Assembly: GCA_964624385.1 (NCBI GenBank)
Contig: CAZUZV010000004.1
Coordinates: 12,348 to 76,347, forward strand
Source of the DNA: an uncultured Eubacteriales bacterium
GTDB lineage: Bacteria > Bacillota > Clostridia > Oscillospirales > Acutalibacteraceae
Direction: 5' to 3'
Length of the DNA: 64,000 bases
Positions 20,408 to 32,208 of the stretch are shown here, in pieces. Positions within the stretch are counted from its first letter, which is position 1, and every line of letters starts with the position of its first letter. The notes beneath the pieces were generated by a model, which saw only the letters and a program-made list of their open reading frames with translations, was not told the origin of the DNA and did not search any database. The position numbers and the translations under genes were made by a program.

Positions 20408-21256
20408 ATGAAATTTTTTGTAATTCCCAATATGACAAGAGAAAATGCACAAGCTGTCACCAATTCGTTGATAAAAGAACTTTTTGCACTTGACTGCCGG
20501 GTTTCGATGGATTTATCTCTTAAAGATGTTTTTGGTGAATTTACCAATATTGCTTTTGATGAGCAAAAAATTCTTTTGCAAGAGTGTGATATGGTTGTGT
20601 CCGTTGGTGGCGACGGTTCTTTTATAAATGCTGCAAAAATTGCCACGGCACACAGTAAACCTTTACTGTGTATCAACGCAGGAAAGCTTGCGTATCTTGC
20701 TTGTCTTGAAAGGGATGAATTACCCCTTCTCAAAAATGTTATTGACGGGAATTTTGTAACCGAAAAAAGAATGATGCTTGATGTGTCGATTCTTGACAAA
20801 AACGATAGAATAATATATCATTCAAGTTGCATAAATGATGCAGTTGTTTCAAGAAGCGGTGTTATAAGAATTATGAAGCTTTTTGTTTCTTGTAACGGTG
20901 CACCGCTTATTCACTATATGGCAGACGGTGCCATTGTTGCAACTCCGACGGGCTCAACGGCATATTCTCTTTCAGCTGGTGGTCCCGTAATTGATCCTTG
21001 TGTTGAAAGTATACTTCTAACACCTGTTTGCCCTCATAGCGTTTTTTCCCGTTCAGTTGTTTTGGGTGGTAATTCAGGTCTTGAGATAACCCATGATAAT
21101 AGCGGTGAAGCAATTTTATCCTGCGACGGACAAAGTGCCGTAATAATTCCCGAAGGTGCCGTTGTCAGCGTTAAGCGTTCTGATAATTACGCTTCATTTA
21201 TCAAGATTAAAAAAGATACATTTATTGATGTTTTGAATAAAAAAATATCGGATTAA
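20408..21256 (+). CDS. nadK: NAD kinase
   Basis: GGDG motif (VSVGGDGSF) and [16 protein letters not shown] motif. Confidence 0.9.
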   Translation: MKFFVIPNMTRENAQAVTNSLIKELFALDCRVSMDLSLKDVFGEFTNIAFDEQKILLQECDMVVSVGGDGSFINAAKIATAHSKPLLCINAGKLAYLACLERDELPLLKNVIDGNFVTEKRMMLDVSILDKNDRIIYHSSCINDAVVSRSGVIRIMKLFVSCNGAPLIHYMADGAIVATPTGSTAYSLSAGGPVIDPCVESILLTPVCPHSVFSRSVVLGGNSGLEITHDNSGEAILSCDGQSAVIIPEGAVVSVKRSDNYASFIKIKKDTFIDVLNKKISD

Positions 21257-21266
21257 GGTGAGCGAA

Positions 21267-21719
21267 ATGAAGAAGAGAAGACATAAATTAATACTTGATT
21301 TGATTTCACAGTATGATATCGGCACTCAGGAAGAGTTACTTGCTCTCTTGCGCGATAAGGGTTGCGATGTTACTCAGGCTACCGTTTCAAGAGACGTAAA
21401 GGAATTGCGCCTTTTAAAAACTCTCGGAGCTAACGGAGTGTATAAATATACAGTTGAACGCTCCAACGATACCGGTTATTCGGGTATGTTTGATGCTCTT
21501 TTCCAGAGTGCAATGACCAAGGTTGACTATGCAGGAAATATCTGCGTAATTAAATGCTCGCCCGGTCTTGCAGGAGCAGCCTGTGCTACTATTGACTCAA
21601 TGAATGTTCACGAGGTTGTCGGTACAATAGCAGGTGACGATACTATATTTATGCTTTGCAGAACCTCCGAGGAAGCTCGTGGAGTTGCAGAAGCACTTAA
21701 CAGAATGATTGGCAGGTAA
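21267..21719 (+). CDS. argR: Arginine repressor
   Basis: Winged-helix N-terminus (QATVSRDVKEL) and GTIAGDDTIF arginine-binding motif. ATG 21267 follows AAGGTGA; the ORF-track GTG is at 21258. Confidence 0.9.
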   Translation: MKKRRHKLILDLISQYDIGTQEELLALLRDKGCDVTQATVSRDVKELRLLKTLGANGVYKYTVERSNDTGYSGMFDALFQSAMTKVDYAGNICVIKCSPGLAGAACATIDSMNVHEVVGTIAGDDTIFMLCRTSEEARGVAEALNRMIGR

Positions 21720-21725
21720 AACTTT

Positions 21726-23393
21726 ATGCTTTCCGTTTTAAAAATCGAGAACATAGCAATAATCGAAAGCGCCGAGATTGAATTCTTAAGGGGCTTTAAT
21801 GTGTTGAGCGGTGAAACGGGAGCAGGTAAATCTATAATATTGGATTCTATTAACGCAGTACTTGGTTTTCGTACCTCTCGTGAGCTAATAAGAACGGGGG
21901 AAACGCAGGCGCAGGTGACTGCGTTGTTTTCGTCTGTAAGTAAAGGTGTTGAAGACAAATTAACGGAGCTTTCAATACCTTTATCACCTGATAAATCTCT
22001 ACTTGTGTCGCGAGTTATCAGTGCAGATAAGAATATATGTAAGGTTAATAACACCTTGACTAATGTTTCTGCTCTTCGTGAAATAGGTGCAGAGCTCATT
22101 TCAATTCACGGTCAGCAGGACAACAGAGAGCTTTTAAACAATGAAACTCATATTTCATATATTGATTCTATGGCGGATTTAACGGAGCTTGTAGGGGAGT
22201 ACAGAGCCCTTTATGACGAGCTTTTGGGTCTTAAATCCCAAATAAAGAAACTTTCAGGTAACAAAGAAGAAAAAGCAAGAAGAATTGATATTCTTTCTTA
22301 TCAGATTGATGAGCTGGAAAAGGCAGAAATCAATCCGGGTGAATGGGAGTCTTTGAAAAACAGACGAACCGAACTTCAGAATTTTGAAAGAATTCAAGAA
22401 AGTCTTTCCGCCTCGTATGATGCACTTTCGGGTAGCGATTCATATAAAGGTGCGGTGGAAATGGTTTCCGGAGCATTCAGAGAACTTTCTTCAATTGGTA
22501 AATTCTCTGCCGATGTTCAGGAGCTTTCAACAAAATTGGGCGACCTGTATTACGAATTATCTGATATTGCCGATTCGATTCGCGACAGTATCTCTCAGGA
22601 CGGTTATTCTCCTTTGGAGCTTGAAGAAATAGAAAACAGAATTGATTTACTTTATAAACTAAGTAAAAAATACGGTGAAACCGAAGAAGAAATGCTTGAA
22701 TTCTTAGAAAATGCCAAAAAGGAATTAAGCGAAATTTCGCTTTCGGATGAGGTTCTCGATAAATTAAAAATTGAATATTCGGAAAAACTTGCAGTGGCGC
22801 AGAAATTAGCGAAAAAGCTTTCAGAAAAAAGAAAAGAAGAAGCAAAAGTCTTTTGTGAAAAGGTTTGTGATGAGCTTCGTTTTCTTGATATGCCAAATGT
22901 TGAGTTCCTTGTTGATTTTAAAGAAACAGAGCTTTGCGAAAACGGAATCGACAGCGTTGAATTTTTGATTTCTGCCAATGTGGGCGAAATACCCAAGCCC
23001 ATTGCAAAAATTGCAAGCGGTGGTGAGCTTTCAAGAATTATGCTTGCACTTAAAACGGTTTTAGCTGATAAAGATAAAATTTCTACAATGATTTTTGATG
23101 AAATTGATACTGGTGTCAGCGGTAGAGCGGCATTGAAGGTTGCTTCAAAGCTTAAAGAGGTTTCACAAGGTAAGCAGGTTATTTGCGTTACCCATTTGGC
23201 GCAGCTAATGGCGTATGCGGACAGTCATTATCTTATCGAAAAGGCAGTTCGTGCCGGAAAAACCTATACCGGTGTAACTCTTCTCGAATTAGAGGGTAGA
23301 AAAAGAGAAATAGCGAGAATTACAAGCGGAGGCGAAATAACTCAAACCCAGCTTGATAACGCTCTTGAAATGATTAATAAAGCGACGAAATAA
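21726..23393 (+). CDS. recN: DNA repair protein RecN
   Basis: Walker A GETGAGKS, long coiled coil, signature ASGGELSRIMLALK, Walker B MIFDEIDTG. Confidence 0.95.
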   Translation: MLSVLKIENIAIIESAEIEFLRGFNVLSGETGAGKSIILDSINAVLGFRTSRELIRTGETQAQVTALFSSVSKGVEDKLTELSIPLSPDKSLLVSRVISADKNICKVNNTLTNVSALREIGAELISIHGQQDNRELLNNETHISYIDSMADLTELVGEYRALYDELLGLKSQIKKLSGNKEEKARRIDILSYQIDELEKAEINPGEWESLKNRRTELQNFERIQESLSASYDALSGSDSYKGAVEMVSGAFRELSSIGKFSADVQELSTKLGDLYYELSDIADSIRDSISQDGYSPLELEEIENRIDLLYKLSKKYGETEEEMLEFLENAKKELSEISLSDEVLDKLKIEYSEKLAVAQKLAKKLSEKRKEEAKVFCEKVCDELRFLDMPNVEFLVDFKETELCENGIDSVEFLISANVGEIPKPIAKIASGGELSRIMLALKTVLADKDKISTMIFDEIDTGVSGRAALKVASKLKEVSQGKQVICVTHLAQLMAYADSHYLIEKAVRAGKTYTGVTLLELEGRKREIARITSGGEITQTQLDNALEMINKATK

Positions 23394-23402
23394 GGTGTAA
23401 TT

Positions 23403-24188
23403 ATGATATTCGGTGTTTGTCGGGGGCTTGATGACTTCGAAGCTATGAAAGCTGCTTCAGAAGCAGGTGTTGATTATTACGAATGTGGCTTTGGAAGTCT
23501 TTCAAGATTTGATGATGAAAAATTCAATTTGTGCAGAGAAAAATTGGAAGAATATTCTCTCAATTGTCTTGTGGCTAACGGATTTGTTCCGGGTGACTTA
23601 AAAGTAGTAGGGGACTCGGTGGATTACGGTGCTTTGCGTGAATATCTTGATAAAGGCTTTGAAAGAGCAAGAATTCTCGGGGTTAAAAAGATTGTTTTCG
23701 GCTCAGGCGCTGCAAGAAGCTTTCCTGAGGGCTTCTCTTTAGAAAAAGCAAAAGAACAGCTTGCATTCTTTTTAAGTGAATATGCTGCTCCGAGAGCAGT
23801 GGAATCCGGTTGTATAATTGTTATGGAGCCTTTAAGATTCGGGGAATCCTCAATGATTCATACGGTTGCTGACGGTATCGAAATTGCAAGGATGAGTGGC
23901 AGTGAAAATGTTGGCGGTCTTGCAGACCTATACCATGTTTACGGCAATAACGATAGCATTGAGGGAATTGGTGGGTTTAAAGGTGAGCTTCTTCACGCTC
24001 ATATAGCAGAGCCTGTTAACAGAAAATTTCCGTCTTTGAATGACGGTGAGGATATTATTAAAATATATAAATCCTTCTTCAACGCTTTAAAAAAGGCGGG
24101 GTGTGAAACCTGTTCTGTTGAAGCAAGAACAGATGATTTTAAGAATGATATTGTCAGCGCACTTGAAATTATTAAAACTTTGGTATAA
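23403..24188 (+). CDS. Sugar phosphate isomerase/epimerase (xylose-isomerase-like TIM barrel) family protein
   Basis: 261 aa with family-like pattern (IVFGSGAARS, VMEPL, HAHIAEP). Specific function unknown. Confidence 0.6.
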   Translation: MIFGVCRGLDDFEAMKAASEAGVDYYECGFGSLSRFDDEKFNLCREKLEEYSLNCLVANGFVPGDLKVVGDSVDYGALREYLDKGFERARILGVKKIVFGSGAARSFPEGFSLEKAKEQLAFFLSEYAAPRAVESGCIIVMEPLRFGESSMIHTVADGIEIARMSGSENVGGLADLYHVYGNNDSIEGIGGFKGELLHAHIAEPVNRKFPSLNDGEDIIKIYKSFFNALKKAGCETCSVEARTDDFKNDIVSALEIIKTLV

Positions 24189-24860
<672 letters not shown>

Positions 24861-24875
24861 TTATTGTTAATATGT

Positions 24876-24914
24876 AAAAAACACATTTGGAAAGAGCTCC
24901 AAATGTGTTTTTTC
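24876..24914. terminator. Bidirectional terminator between upp and the DUF378 gene
   Basis: 11-bp stem acacatttgga/tccaaatgtgt flanked by an A-tract and a T-tract. Confidence 0.85.
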
Positions 24915-25148
24915 TTATTCAACCTTATCATTAATCATATCGTTAGTTGAATCAAGCATTTCATTTTCTCTGAAGAGAAGCGAGATACACCAGATACCTG
25001 CAAGTGCAATAACCACGTAAATAATTCTTGAAAGAATAGCTGCCTGACCGCCGAAAAGCCATGCAACAAGGTCAAATTTAAAAAGACCGATACTGCCCCA
25101 GTTAAGCGCGCCTATAGTTACAAGAATCAATGCAATTCTGTCTAACAT
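24915..25148 (-). CDS. DUF378-family small membrane protein
   Basis: MLDRIALILVTIGALNWGSIGLFKFDLVAWLFGG matches the DUF378 pattern. ATG 25148 follows a GGAG RBS. Confidence 0.75.
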   Translation of the reverse strand: MLDRIALILVTIGALNWGSIGLFKFDLVAWLFGGQAAILSRIIYVVIALAGIWCISLLFRENEMLDSTNDMINDKVE

Positions 25149-25275
25149 TATTAAAACTCCTTTCGGCAAATCGCCGTTTATTTGTTTCAACTTTAGTTTG
25201 CACAGATTTTTTTATTTTATAAAAATTATTTTTTAAATAAAAGTACCTATAAAAGTCCTTCAATAAGTAATGCTA

Positions 25276-25304
25276 TTGGCAAATTATTAAAAGTATGATA
25301 AAAT
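25276..25304 (+). promoter_or_regulatory. Sigma-A-type promoter of addBA
   Basis: TTGGCA, 17-nt spacer, TAAAAT, ~29 nt upstream of the ATG that follows RBS GGAGGTG. Confidence 0.55.
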
Positions 25305-25332
25305 AAAAATAATATAGGTTCGGAGGTGGATT

Positions 25333-28300
25333 ATGTTATATCTTTTGCGCGGCAGGGCAGGAAGCGGAAAAACTGCAAAAATGCGTGATATTATTTCAAA
25401 AATGGCACAGAGCGGTTGCAGTAAACCCTTGCTCCTTGTACCCGAACAGTTTTCTTTTGAAACAGAAAGAGCGATGCTGAAAATATTGGGTCCCAAGAAT
25501 TTAAAAAATATTGATATTTTCAGTTTTCCCCGAATGGCTTTTTCGGAGCTGAAAAAGGCTGGAAAAGCACAGTTGAAAACAGCTGATAACGGCATTAAAG
25601 CCGCCATAATGAGCGAAGCACTTTTGCAATTGGAAGGTCGTCTTGAAATCTTCTCTAACATAAGGCATAATTCTACCGCAATTAATCCTCTTGTGGATTT
25701 TTGTAAAGAACTGAAATATTGTTGTATAGATAGTGAAGGTTTAACTGAAAAGCTTGAAAATTCTACCAATTCATTTTTGAAAAATAAGCTTTTGGAACTG
25801 GATTTAATCAGAAACACCTACGAAGCACTGTTAACTCAGAGCTATTTCGATGATACGGACGCGGTCAGTGAGTTTACAAAAATTGCGTTGGAAAAAGATT
25901 ATTTTAAAAATAAAACATTATTTATTGACGGTTTCAGAAATTTCTCAAAGCAGGAGCTTGAATGTTTAAAGGTTGCTTTCTCTCAATGCGAGGATGTTTA
26001 TATTGCCGTTTGTGTTGATGATAAAACAAGAAAATTTTCTTCTCTTTACTATATGAAAGAGTTTGAAAATAAGCTTCGAACAATTGCATCAAAAACCAAT
26101 ACCGCAGTTGAAACCATTGAAGGTTTTCAATCAGAAAATGCATTTGCACCCGATATTTCAAAGCTTGAAAAAAGTCTGTTTTCTTCCGAAAAGCAAGAAA
26201 AGATAAACTACAACGGCGATGTGGTTGTTGCAAGATGCTCTGACAAGGAGGACGAAGCACTATTCGTTGCCAATACGATAAAGAAGCTCCTTAAATCAGG
26301 GGAGTACAGATGTCGCGATATAGCGGTTATTGAACGTACCGACGGCACTTATAAATCAAGTGTTATCGATGCGTTAAAGCGCTTGTCAATACCCGTTTTT
26401 GACGATAGCAGACGTCCCGTTATGAATGAAACCCTTTTTATAAATGCTTGCTCTGCTTTGGAATGTGCCGTTAAAGGTCTTACTACCCAGAATCTAATGT
26501 GTTATCTTAAAAGTGGTCTTACAGATTTATCTCTCTCCGAGATTTCAAGGCTTGAAAAATATGCTCTTATCTGGGACATTGGTGCAAAGGGTTGGGAAAA
26601 GGATTTCACGATGCACCCGGAGGGTTTCGGAAGCTCGTTTGACGAAAAATCCCAAAAAGAACTTGCTGAACTTAATGAAATTCGCAAAAAGGCAGTTTTA
26701 CCCATCCTTGCTTTCAAAAACGCTTGTAAAGCTGCAGACGGACAAACTATTGCAAAAGCACTTTATGATTTTATAAGCGAAACGAATATAAAAGATAATC
26801 TTTATAAATTAACTCTTGAGCTTGATAAAGCTGGTTTTTCCGTGGAAGCAAACCGCCAGGAATATTCATGGAATGTTTTGATGCATATTCTTGATACAAT
26901 GGCAATTCTGACTGAAGATAAATACTATTCCTTAAAACGTTGGTATGAGCTTTTTATGATTCTTGTTTCTTCGGGTGATATGGGTGAAATTCCTCAGGGT
27001 CTTGATGAGGTTACTGTTGGCTGTGCCGACAGAATACGCCTTGAAAAAGCAAAGGTAGTTTTTCTTGTGGGCGTGAATAAAGATGAGTTTCCTCTCGTGA
27101 ATGTGGGAAGCGGAATTCTCACGGATGCGGACAGGGTTCTTTTAACAAATCTCGGTATCGAGGTTCGCCCGCCATTTGAAGATACTGTTGATGAGGAGCG
27201 TTTTATTGCTTATTGCGCTGTTACCGCAGCTTCTGATAAGCTTTATTTAACATATAAATGCAGTGATGGCGAAGGGGGAAGTCTTTTTAAATCCGAAATT
27301 ATCTCCACAATTGAAAACGCTTTTACGGATTTTGAAGCTATAACAACAAGTGATTTGCCCATTGATTATTTCGTTGAAAGTGAAGAAAGTGCATTCTCTG
27401 CTTTTGCAAAAAATTATCTTTATAATAACGAGATTAAATCAACCTTGTCAGCTTACTTTAAAAATAAAGAGGAATACAAGGGTAAAATCAATTCTCTTAA
27501 TATTTTAAGCGGTGAAAAGACCTTTGAGTTCAAGGATGAAAGCCTTTCAAAAAAGCTTTTCGGCGAAGATGTTTATATTTCTGCAAGTAAGGTTGAGAGC
27601 TTTTATAACTGTCCTTTTGCCTATTTTATGCGCTATGGTCTTGGTGCAGAGCCCTTAAAAGAAGCAGCTCTTGACCCTGCTCAAAGCGGTACAATAATCC
27701 ATTTGATAATGGAAGAAATCTTAAAAAAATACCCACAAGCTCGTTTTCTTGAAACTTCCGATGAAGAGCTTAAAGCAACTGTTTCATCGGTTTTAAAGTC
27801 ATATCTTGACGATAAAATGGGCGGTGTAGAGGAGAAAAGCGAAAGGTTTATGCGCCTTTTCAATCGCCTTGTTGATATCTCAATGGCAATTATTGAGAGG
27901 TTGAAGATTGAATTCGGTGTAGGGAGCTTTGCTCCTTGCGATTTCGAATTGAGAATAGGCGGGGAGGATATTCCTGCTTATGAATTACCCCTTGAAGATG
28001 GCAAGGTTAAGGTTACAGGTTCTATTGACCGAGTAGACTTAATGGAAAAAGACGGAGTAAAATATATTCGTGTTATAGATTATAAAACCGGACAAAAGGA
28101 ATTTAGGCTTTCCGAGCTTTTCGACGGACTTAATATACAGATGGTTTTATATCTTATGGCGTTGGAGAAAAACGGCAAAGCCTATTATGGTGACATTGTT
28201 CCGTCGGGCGTTTTGTACCTTCCTTCAAGAATAGGTATTAAAAACTATCTTGAATTGCGTTCACCTACAAGTGAAAGCATCGAAAAGCAGAAGAGAATCA

Positions 28301-28674
28301 GCGGTAAGCTTTCAGGTATGGTTCTGGACAGTCCCGTTGTTTTCAACGGTATGGGCGTTGATACCATTCCCGATTACTTTCCTGTTTCATATAAAAAGGA
28401 TGGTTCACCTAAAGATAATTATTATTCTTTATCACATTTTAAAAACCTTTCAAAAATTATAGATAACAAAATAATTTCCATGGGTAATTCTCTTCAGGGC
28501 GGAAAAATTGACGCAGTTCCCATAGGAGAAAAGGGTAAGACAGAGGGTAAAATGTGTGAATATTGTTCTTATAAGAGCGTTTGCGCCCGTGAAAAAGGCG
28601 AGCCCATTAACGAGCTTACAAAGCTTACCCATTTGAAAGCCCTGGAAAGATTGGAAGGTGATGGAAATGAGTAG
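25333..28674 (+). CDS. addB: Helicase-nuclease AddAB, subunit B
   Basis: 1113 aa. N-terminal GRAGSGKT. C-terminal RecB-type nuclease with Fe-S cysteines (CPFAYF ... CEYCSYKSVC). Overlaps the addA start. Confidence 0.9.
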   Translation: MLYLLRGRAGSGKTAKMRDIISKMAQSGCSKPLLLVPEQFSFETERAMLKILGPKNLKNIDIFSFPRMAFSELKKAGKAQLKTADNGIKAAIMSEALLQLEGRLEIFSNIRHNSTAINPLVDFCKELKYCCIDSEGLTEKLENSTNSFLKNKLLELDLIRNTYEALLTQSYFDDTDAVSEFTKIALEKDYFKNKTLFIDGFRNFSKQELECLKVAFSQCEDVYIAVCVDDKTRKFSSLYYMKEFENKLRTIASKTNTAVETIEGFQSENAFAPDISKLEKSLFSSEKQEKINYNGDVVVARCSDKEDEALFVANTIKKLLKSGEYRCRDIAVIERTDGTYKSSVIDALKRLSIPVFDDSRRPVMNETLFINACSALECAVKGLTTQNLMCYLKSGLTDLSLSEISRLEKYALIWDIGAKGWEKDFTMHPEGFGSSFDEKSQKELAELNEIRKKAVLPILAFKNACKAADGQTIAKALYDFISETNIKDNLYKLTLELDKAGFSVEANRQEYSWNVLMHILDTMAILTEDKYYSLKRWYELFMILVSSGDMGEIPQGLDEVTVGCADRIRLEKAKVVFLVGVNKDEFPLVNVGSGILTDADRVLLTNLGIEVRPPFEDTVDEERFIAYCAVTAASDKLYLTYKCSDGEGGSLFKSEIISTIENAFTDFEAITTSDLPIDYFVESEESAFSAFAKNYLYNNEIKSTLSAYFKNKEEYKGKINSLNILSGEKTFEFKDESLSKKLFGEDVYISASKVESFYNCPFAYFMRYGLGAEPLKEAALDPAQSGTIIHLIMEEILKKYPQARFLETSDEELKATVSSVLKSYLDDKMGGVEEKSERFMRLFNRLVDISMAIIERLKIEFGVGSFAPCDFELRIGGEDIPAYELPLEDGKVKVTGSIDRVDLMEKDGVKYIRVIDYKTGQKEFRLSELFDGLNIQMVLYLMALEKNGKAYYGDIVPSGVLYLPSRIGIKNYLELRSPTSESIEKQKRISGKLSGMVLDSPVVFNGMGVDTIPDYFPVSYKKDGSPKDNYYSLSHFKNLSKIIDNKIISMGNSLQGGKIDAVPIGEKGKTEGKMCEYCSYKSVCAREKGEPINELTKLTHLKALERLEGDGNE

Positions 28675-31600
28675 GGAATGGACACCCAATCAGAAAAAAG
28701 CTATTGATGCCCGTAATATGCAAATTCTTGTTTCCGCCGCCGCAGGTTCGGGTAAAACATCAGTCCTCACAGAGCGCGTAAAGAGAATTCTTTGCGATAC
28801 GGAAAATCCTTGCTCTGTTTCGGAAATTCTTGTTGTTACCTTTACCCGTGCTGCCGCTTACGAAATGCGGGACAGAATTTATAAAGCTATTTCAACTGAA
28901 ATTGAAAACGATTTTGAAAATGCGGACTATTTACGCCGTCAGATGACCCTTTTGCCGACTGCTGATATTTGTACAATTGACTCTTTTTGTGCAAAAATTG
29001 TAAGAGAAAATTTTCACCTTGCGGATGTTGGAGCAGATTTCAAAATTCTTGATGAAAAAGACGAAAAAGAATTAATGAAATATGCTGTTAAGCAGGTTGT
29101 TGACGAGCTTTATGAGGAAAATGACGAGAGTTTTATTTCATTGAGTCAGATGTTTCTTAATGAGCGTGATGATGTTCGTCTTGAAGAGGTTATTGAAACT
29201 CTTTATACCTATTCCCGTTCATACCCATCACCGTTTTTGTGGCTTGATGAAATTTCAGAGAAATTCTCTCCCGAAAACACACCCTTTGACACAGGTTGGA
29301 CGGATGTTGTTTGCAAATTTCTTTCTATGTTCGCATCTTTCTATGCTAAGAATCTTAAAAGATGCGTTTCGCTTCTTGAGGATTCAGGGAATTTTGATCC
29401 TAATTATATCAGTCGCTTTTCAGCTACGGCTGAAAAACTGTCACTTCTAAAAGAACTTTCCGATAATAATCAATGGGATTCCTTGGTTAATTTAATAAGA
29501 GAGGGATTGATTGTTAAACCCACGTCAAGAAACAAAAATGCAGACAAGGACCTGCAAGGCGTAACAGATAAGGTTTTCAAGGATTTGGAAACGGCGGTTG
29601 CAGGTATTGAAAAACGCACATTACCCACAGATAGCGAACATAAGCTTGACTGCGAAACCTTGTATCCGATTGTTAAAAAGCTTTGCGGTTCGGTAAAGCG
29701 GTTAACAGAGGTTCTTGACGAAGCTAAAAAAGAAAAGAATGCCTACGGTTTTGATGACATTCTTCATAAAACCATTGATTTACTTGTGGATTTCGGTGGT
29801 GGTAAAGAAAAGAAAACACCGCTTGCCGAAGAGCTTACTTGCAAGTATAAAGAGATACTAATTGATGAGTATCAGGACACAAACAAAGCACAGAATAAGA
29901 TATTTGAAATAATTTCAAGAGATAAAGCTAATCTTTATACAGTTGGTGATGTTAAGCAGAGTATCTACGGTTTCCGTCTTGCGAGTCCCGATTTATTTAT
30001 GAATTTGAAGGATTCCCTAGGTGATTACAACGGTGAGGAGAAACCCTCACAGATTACTCTTGAAAATAATTTTAGAAGTCGCGAAGGCATTACAAAAGCC
30101 GTTAATGCAGTTTTTTCGGGTATAATGTCGCGTGAAATGGGCGAAATTGAGTATAATGAGAGAGAATATCTGAACTACAGCGCAAATTTCCCTCAAAAGC
30201 ATACTCACGATATGGAAATTATCTGTGTAAACGCAGATAAAAATGACGAGCTCGCGCCTACTGAACCCCAAACGGTTGCCAAATATATAAAGTCAGTTGT
30301 TGATTCGGGTGTTACCGTTTCCGATTCCAAAGGCGAACGCAGAGTTCGTTGGGGAGATTTCTGTGTACTTTTAAGAAGCGCAAAAGGTAAAATGGGCGCT
30401 TATGCGGATGAAATGAAAAAGCTTTCAATTCCCGTTACAACCGCTGCGGACAGTGAATCCACGCAATCAAAGGAAATAATGTTTATAACCTCTCTTATAA
30501 AGGTTATAAATAACCCACTTATCGATATTTCTCTTGTTGCGGTTTTGCTTTCTCCCGTTTTCGGATTCAGTCCCGATGAACTTGCAGAAATCAGGATGAT
30601 TGACAGAAAAGCCGATTTTTATGTCTGCCTTGTGAAATATGCAGAAAAATCCCAAAAAGCAAAAGCTTTTCTTGATAAAATACAACTTTACCTAAATATT
30701 TCTGTTGCTTACCCAATTGATGAATTTGTAAAGTTTGTAATTAATGATAGCTCGGTTGCAGATATTTATTATGCTGCAGGAGAGGGTGATTTAAGAAATT
30801 CAAATATTAAAGGCTTTTTGAAGCTTTCAAAGGATTTTGTAGATAGCGGAAGAACCGGTCTTAACGATTTTGTCCGTTACGTTGACCTCGCCGCCGAAAA
30901 AGGTGGTTTAAAGAGCGTTAACAGTGATTTCGGTGACGACAACAGCGTTAAAATTATGTCCATTCACAAGAGTAAGGGTCTTGAATTTCCCTATGTTTTG
31001 ATAGCCGATTGCTCCAAGGATTTGAACCGTCAGGATGCTTATAAGCAGTTGACTCTTTCAAGAGAAACGGGAATTGGTATGAGAATTCGTGACGATGAAC
31101 ACTTTACCCGTTACCACACCCTTTCCTCTGTTGCAACGGAAAAAGCAGTGCTTTTCAGTACGCTTTCCGAGGAGCTTCGTGTTCTTTATGTTGCAATGAC
31201 GAGAGCAAAGGAGCATCTGACCTTCTTTATTAATGTTGCAGATAAATCTCTTAAAAGCAGAGTAAAGCTTAATCATATGCTTTCTGTAGATAAAGATAAC
31301 AAGCTCCATCCCTTTGCCGTTTATCGGGCGGGAAGTATGTCCGAATGGATTTTAAGTTGTCTTTCAAATCACCGTGACGGTGCGGTTATAAGGGACCTTT
31401 GTGAAATTCCCTCCCATAGCTTTAAAGAAGATGCGGATTTCAATTTTGATTGCTCTTATATTGAGTCGGTTGATGATGATTTCAGCATTGAAAAAGAAAT
31501 TCGTGAAGATTTACCTGTTAATGAAGAATTGTTAAGTAAAATCAAGAGTAATATTGAATATATTTACCCGTATGATTATTCGGGTATTCTTGCCAAAAGA

Positions 31601-32188
31601 ACAGCTTCTTCTACGGAAACAACGAGAAAAAACAGAGAGTATTTCGGCACGGCAAAGCCAAGGTTTCTTAACGAAAAATTGCGCGGAGCCGATAGGGGAA
31701 CGGCAGTTCATAAGTTCCTTGAACTATGTGATTTTAAGCTTGCCTTTGCTGATATAGAAAGCGAGAAAAAACGACTTGCGGAAAAATCTCTTTTAACAAA
31801 AGAAGAACTTGAAGCTCTTGATAGTTCAGCAGTTGAAAGCTTTCTTAAAAGTGATATGGGTCAGCGTCTTTTAGCATCTCCTGAAATTCTGAAAGAATAT
31901 GAATTTTCTGTTCTTAAGAATGCAGAAGAAGTATATGAAGAACTTCCCGAAAGTGCAAAAGGTGAAAAAATCGTCGTCCAAGGTAAATTAGACTGTGCAT
32001 TCAGAGAAGCAGACGGCTATGTTCTTATAGATTATAAAACCGACAATGTAACGGATGAAAGCTATTTTGTTTCGGTTTATAAAAAGCAGCTTGATATTTA
32101 TGCGGATGCCCTTAATCAATGCACAGAAATCCCCGTAAAAGAAATATCCATTTATTCCTTTAAGCTAAAAAAGTTTATTAAAATATAA
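28658..32188 (+). CDS. addA: Helicase-nuclease AddAB, subunit A
   Basis: UvrD-type motifs AAAGSGKT, IDEYQDTN, VGDVKQSIYGFR, YVAMTRAK. C-terminal RecB nuclease motif (GKLDCAF..LIDYKTD). Confidence 0.95.
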   Translation: MMEMSREWTPNQKKAIDARNMQILVSAAAGSGKTSVLTERVKRILCDTENPCSVSEILVVTFTRAAAYEMRDRIYKAISTEIENDFENADYLRRQMTLLPTADICTIDSFCAKIVRENFHLADVGADFKILDEKDEKELMKYAVKQVVDELYEENDESFISLSQMFLNERDDVRLEEVIETLYTYSRSYPSPFLWLDEISEKFSPENTPFDTGWTDVVCKFLSMFASFYAKNLKRCVSLLEDSGNFDPNYISRFSATAEKLSLLKELSDNNQWDSLVNLIREGLIVKPTSRNKNADKDLQGVTDKVFKDLETAVAGIEKRTLPTDSEHKLDCETLYPIVKKLCGSVKRLTEVLDEAKKEKNAYGFDDILHKTIDLLVDFGGGKEKKTPLAEELTCKYKEILIDEYQDTNKAQNKIFEIISRDKANLYTVGDVKQSIYGFRLASPDLFMNLKDSLGDYNGEEKPSQITLENNFRSREGITKAVNAVFSGIMSREMGEIEYNEREYLNYSANFPQKHTHDMEIICVNADKNDELAPTEPQTVAKYIKSVVDSGVTVSDSKGERRVRWGDFCVLLRSAKGKMGAYADEMKKLSIPVTTAADSESTQSKEIMFITSLIKVINNPLIDISLVAVLLSPVFGFSPDELAEIRMIDRKADFYVCLVKYAEKSQKAKAFLDKIQLYLNISVAYPIDEFVKFVINDSSVADIYYAAGEGDLRNSNIKGFLKLSKDFVDSGRTGLNDFVRYVDLAAEKGGLKSVNSDFGDDNSVKIMSIHKSKGLEFPYVLIADCSKDLNRQDAYKQLTLSRETGIGMRIRDDEHFTRYHTLSSVATEKAVLFSTLSEELRVLYVAMTRAKEHLTFFINVADKSLKSRVKLNHMLSVDKDNKLHPFAVYRAGSMSEWILSCLSNHRDGAVIRDLCEIPSHSFKEDADFNFDCSYIESVDDDFSIEKEIREDLPVNEELLSKIKSNIEYIYPYDYSGILAKRTASSTETTRKNREYFGTAKPRFLNEKLRGADRGTAVHKFLELCDFKLAFADIESEKKRLAEKSLLTKEELEALDSSAVESFLKSDMGQRLLASPEILKEYEFSVLKNAEEVYEELPESAKGEKIVVQGKLDCAFREADGYVLIDYKTDNVTDESYFVSVYKKQLDIYADALNQCTEIPVKEISIYSFKLKKFIKI

Positions 32189-32208
32189 AGCTAAAAAGAG
32201 GTGTTTTT

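Noticed and set aside
20347-22099. Antisense ORFs of 150 and 163 aa opposite nadK, argR and recN. Similar cases are 25287-25817 opposite addB and 47814-48326 opposite the M20 gene.
   Set aside because: These are shadow ORFs on the strand opposite well-supported genes, with no independent signals.
25276-25290. Single TGGCAAATTAT motifs at 25277 and 34046 resembling the first heptads of repeat copy C1
   Set aside because: Only about 10-11 nt are shared in AT-rich DNA, and one of them overlaps a promoter -35. It could be chance, so it is not counted as a repeat copy.
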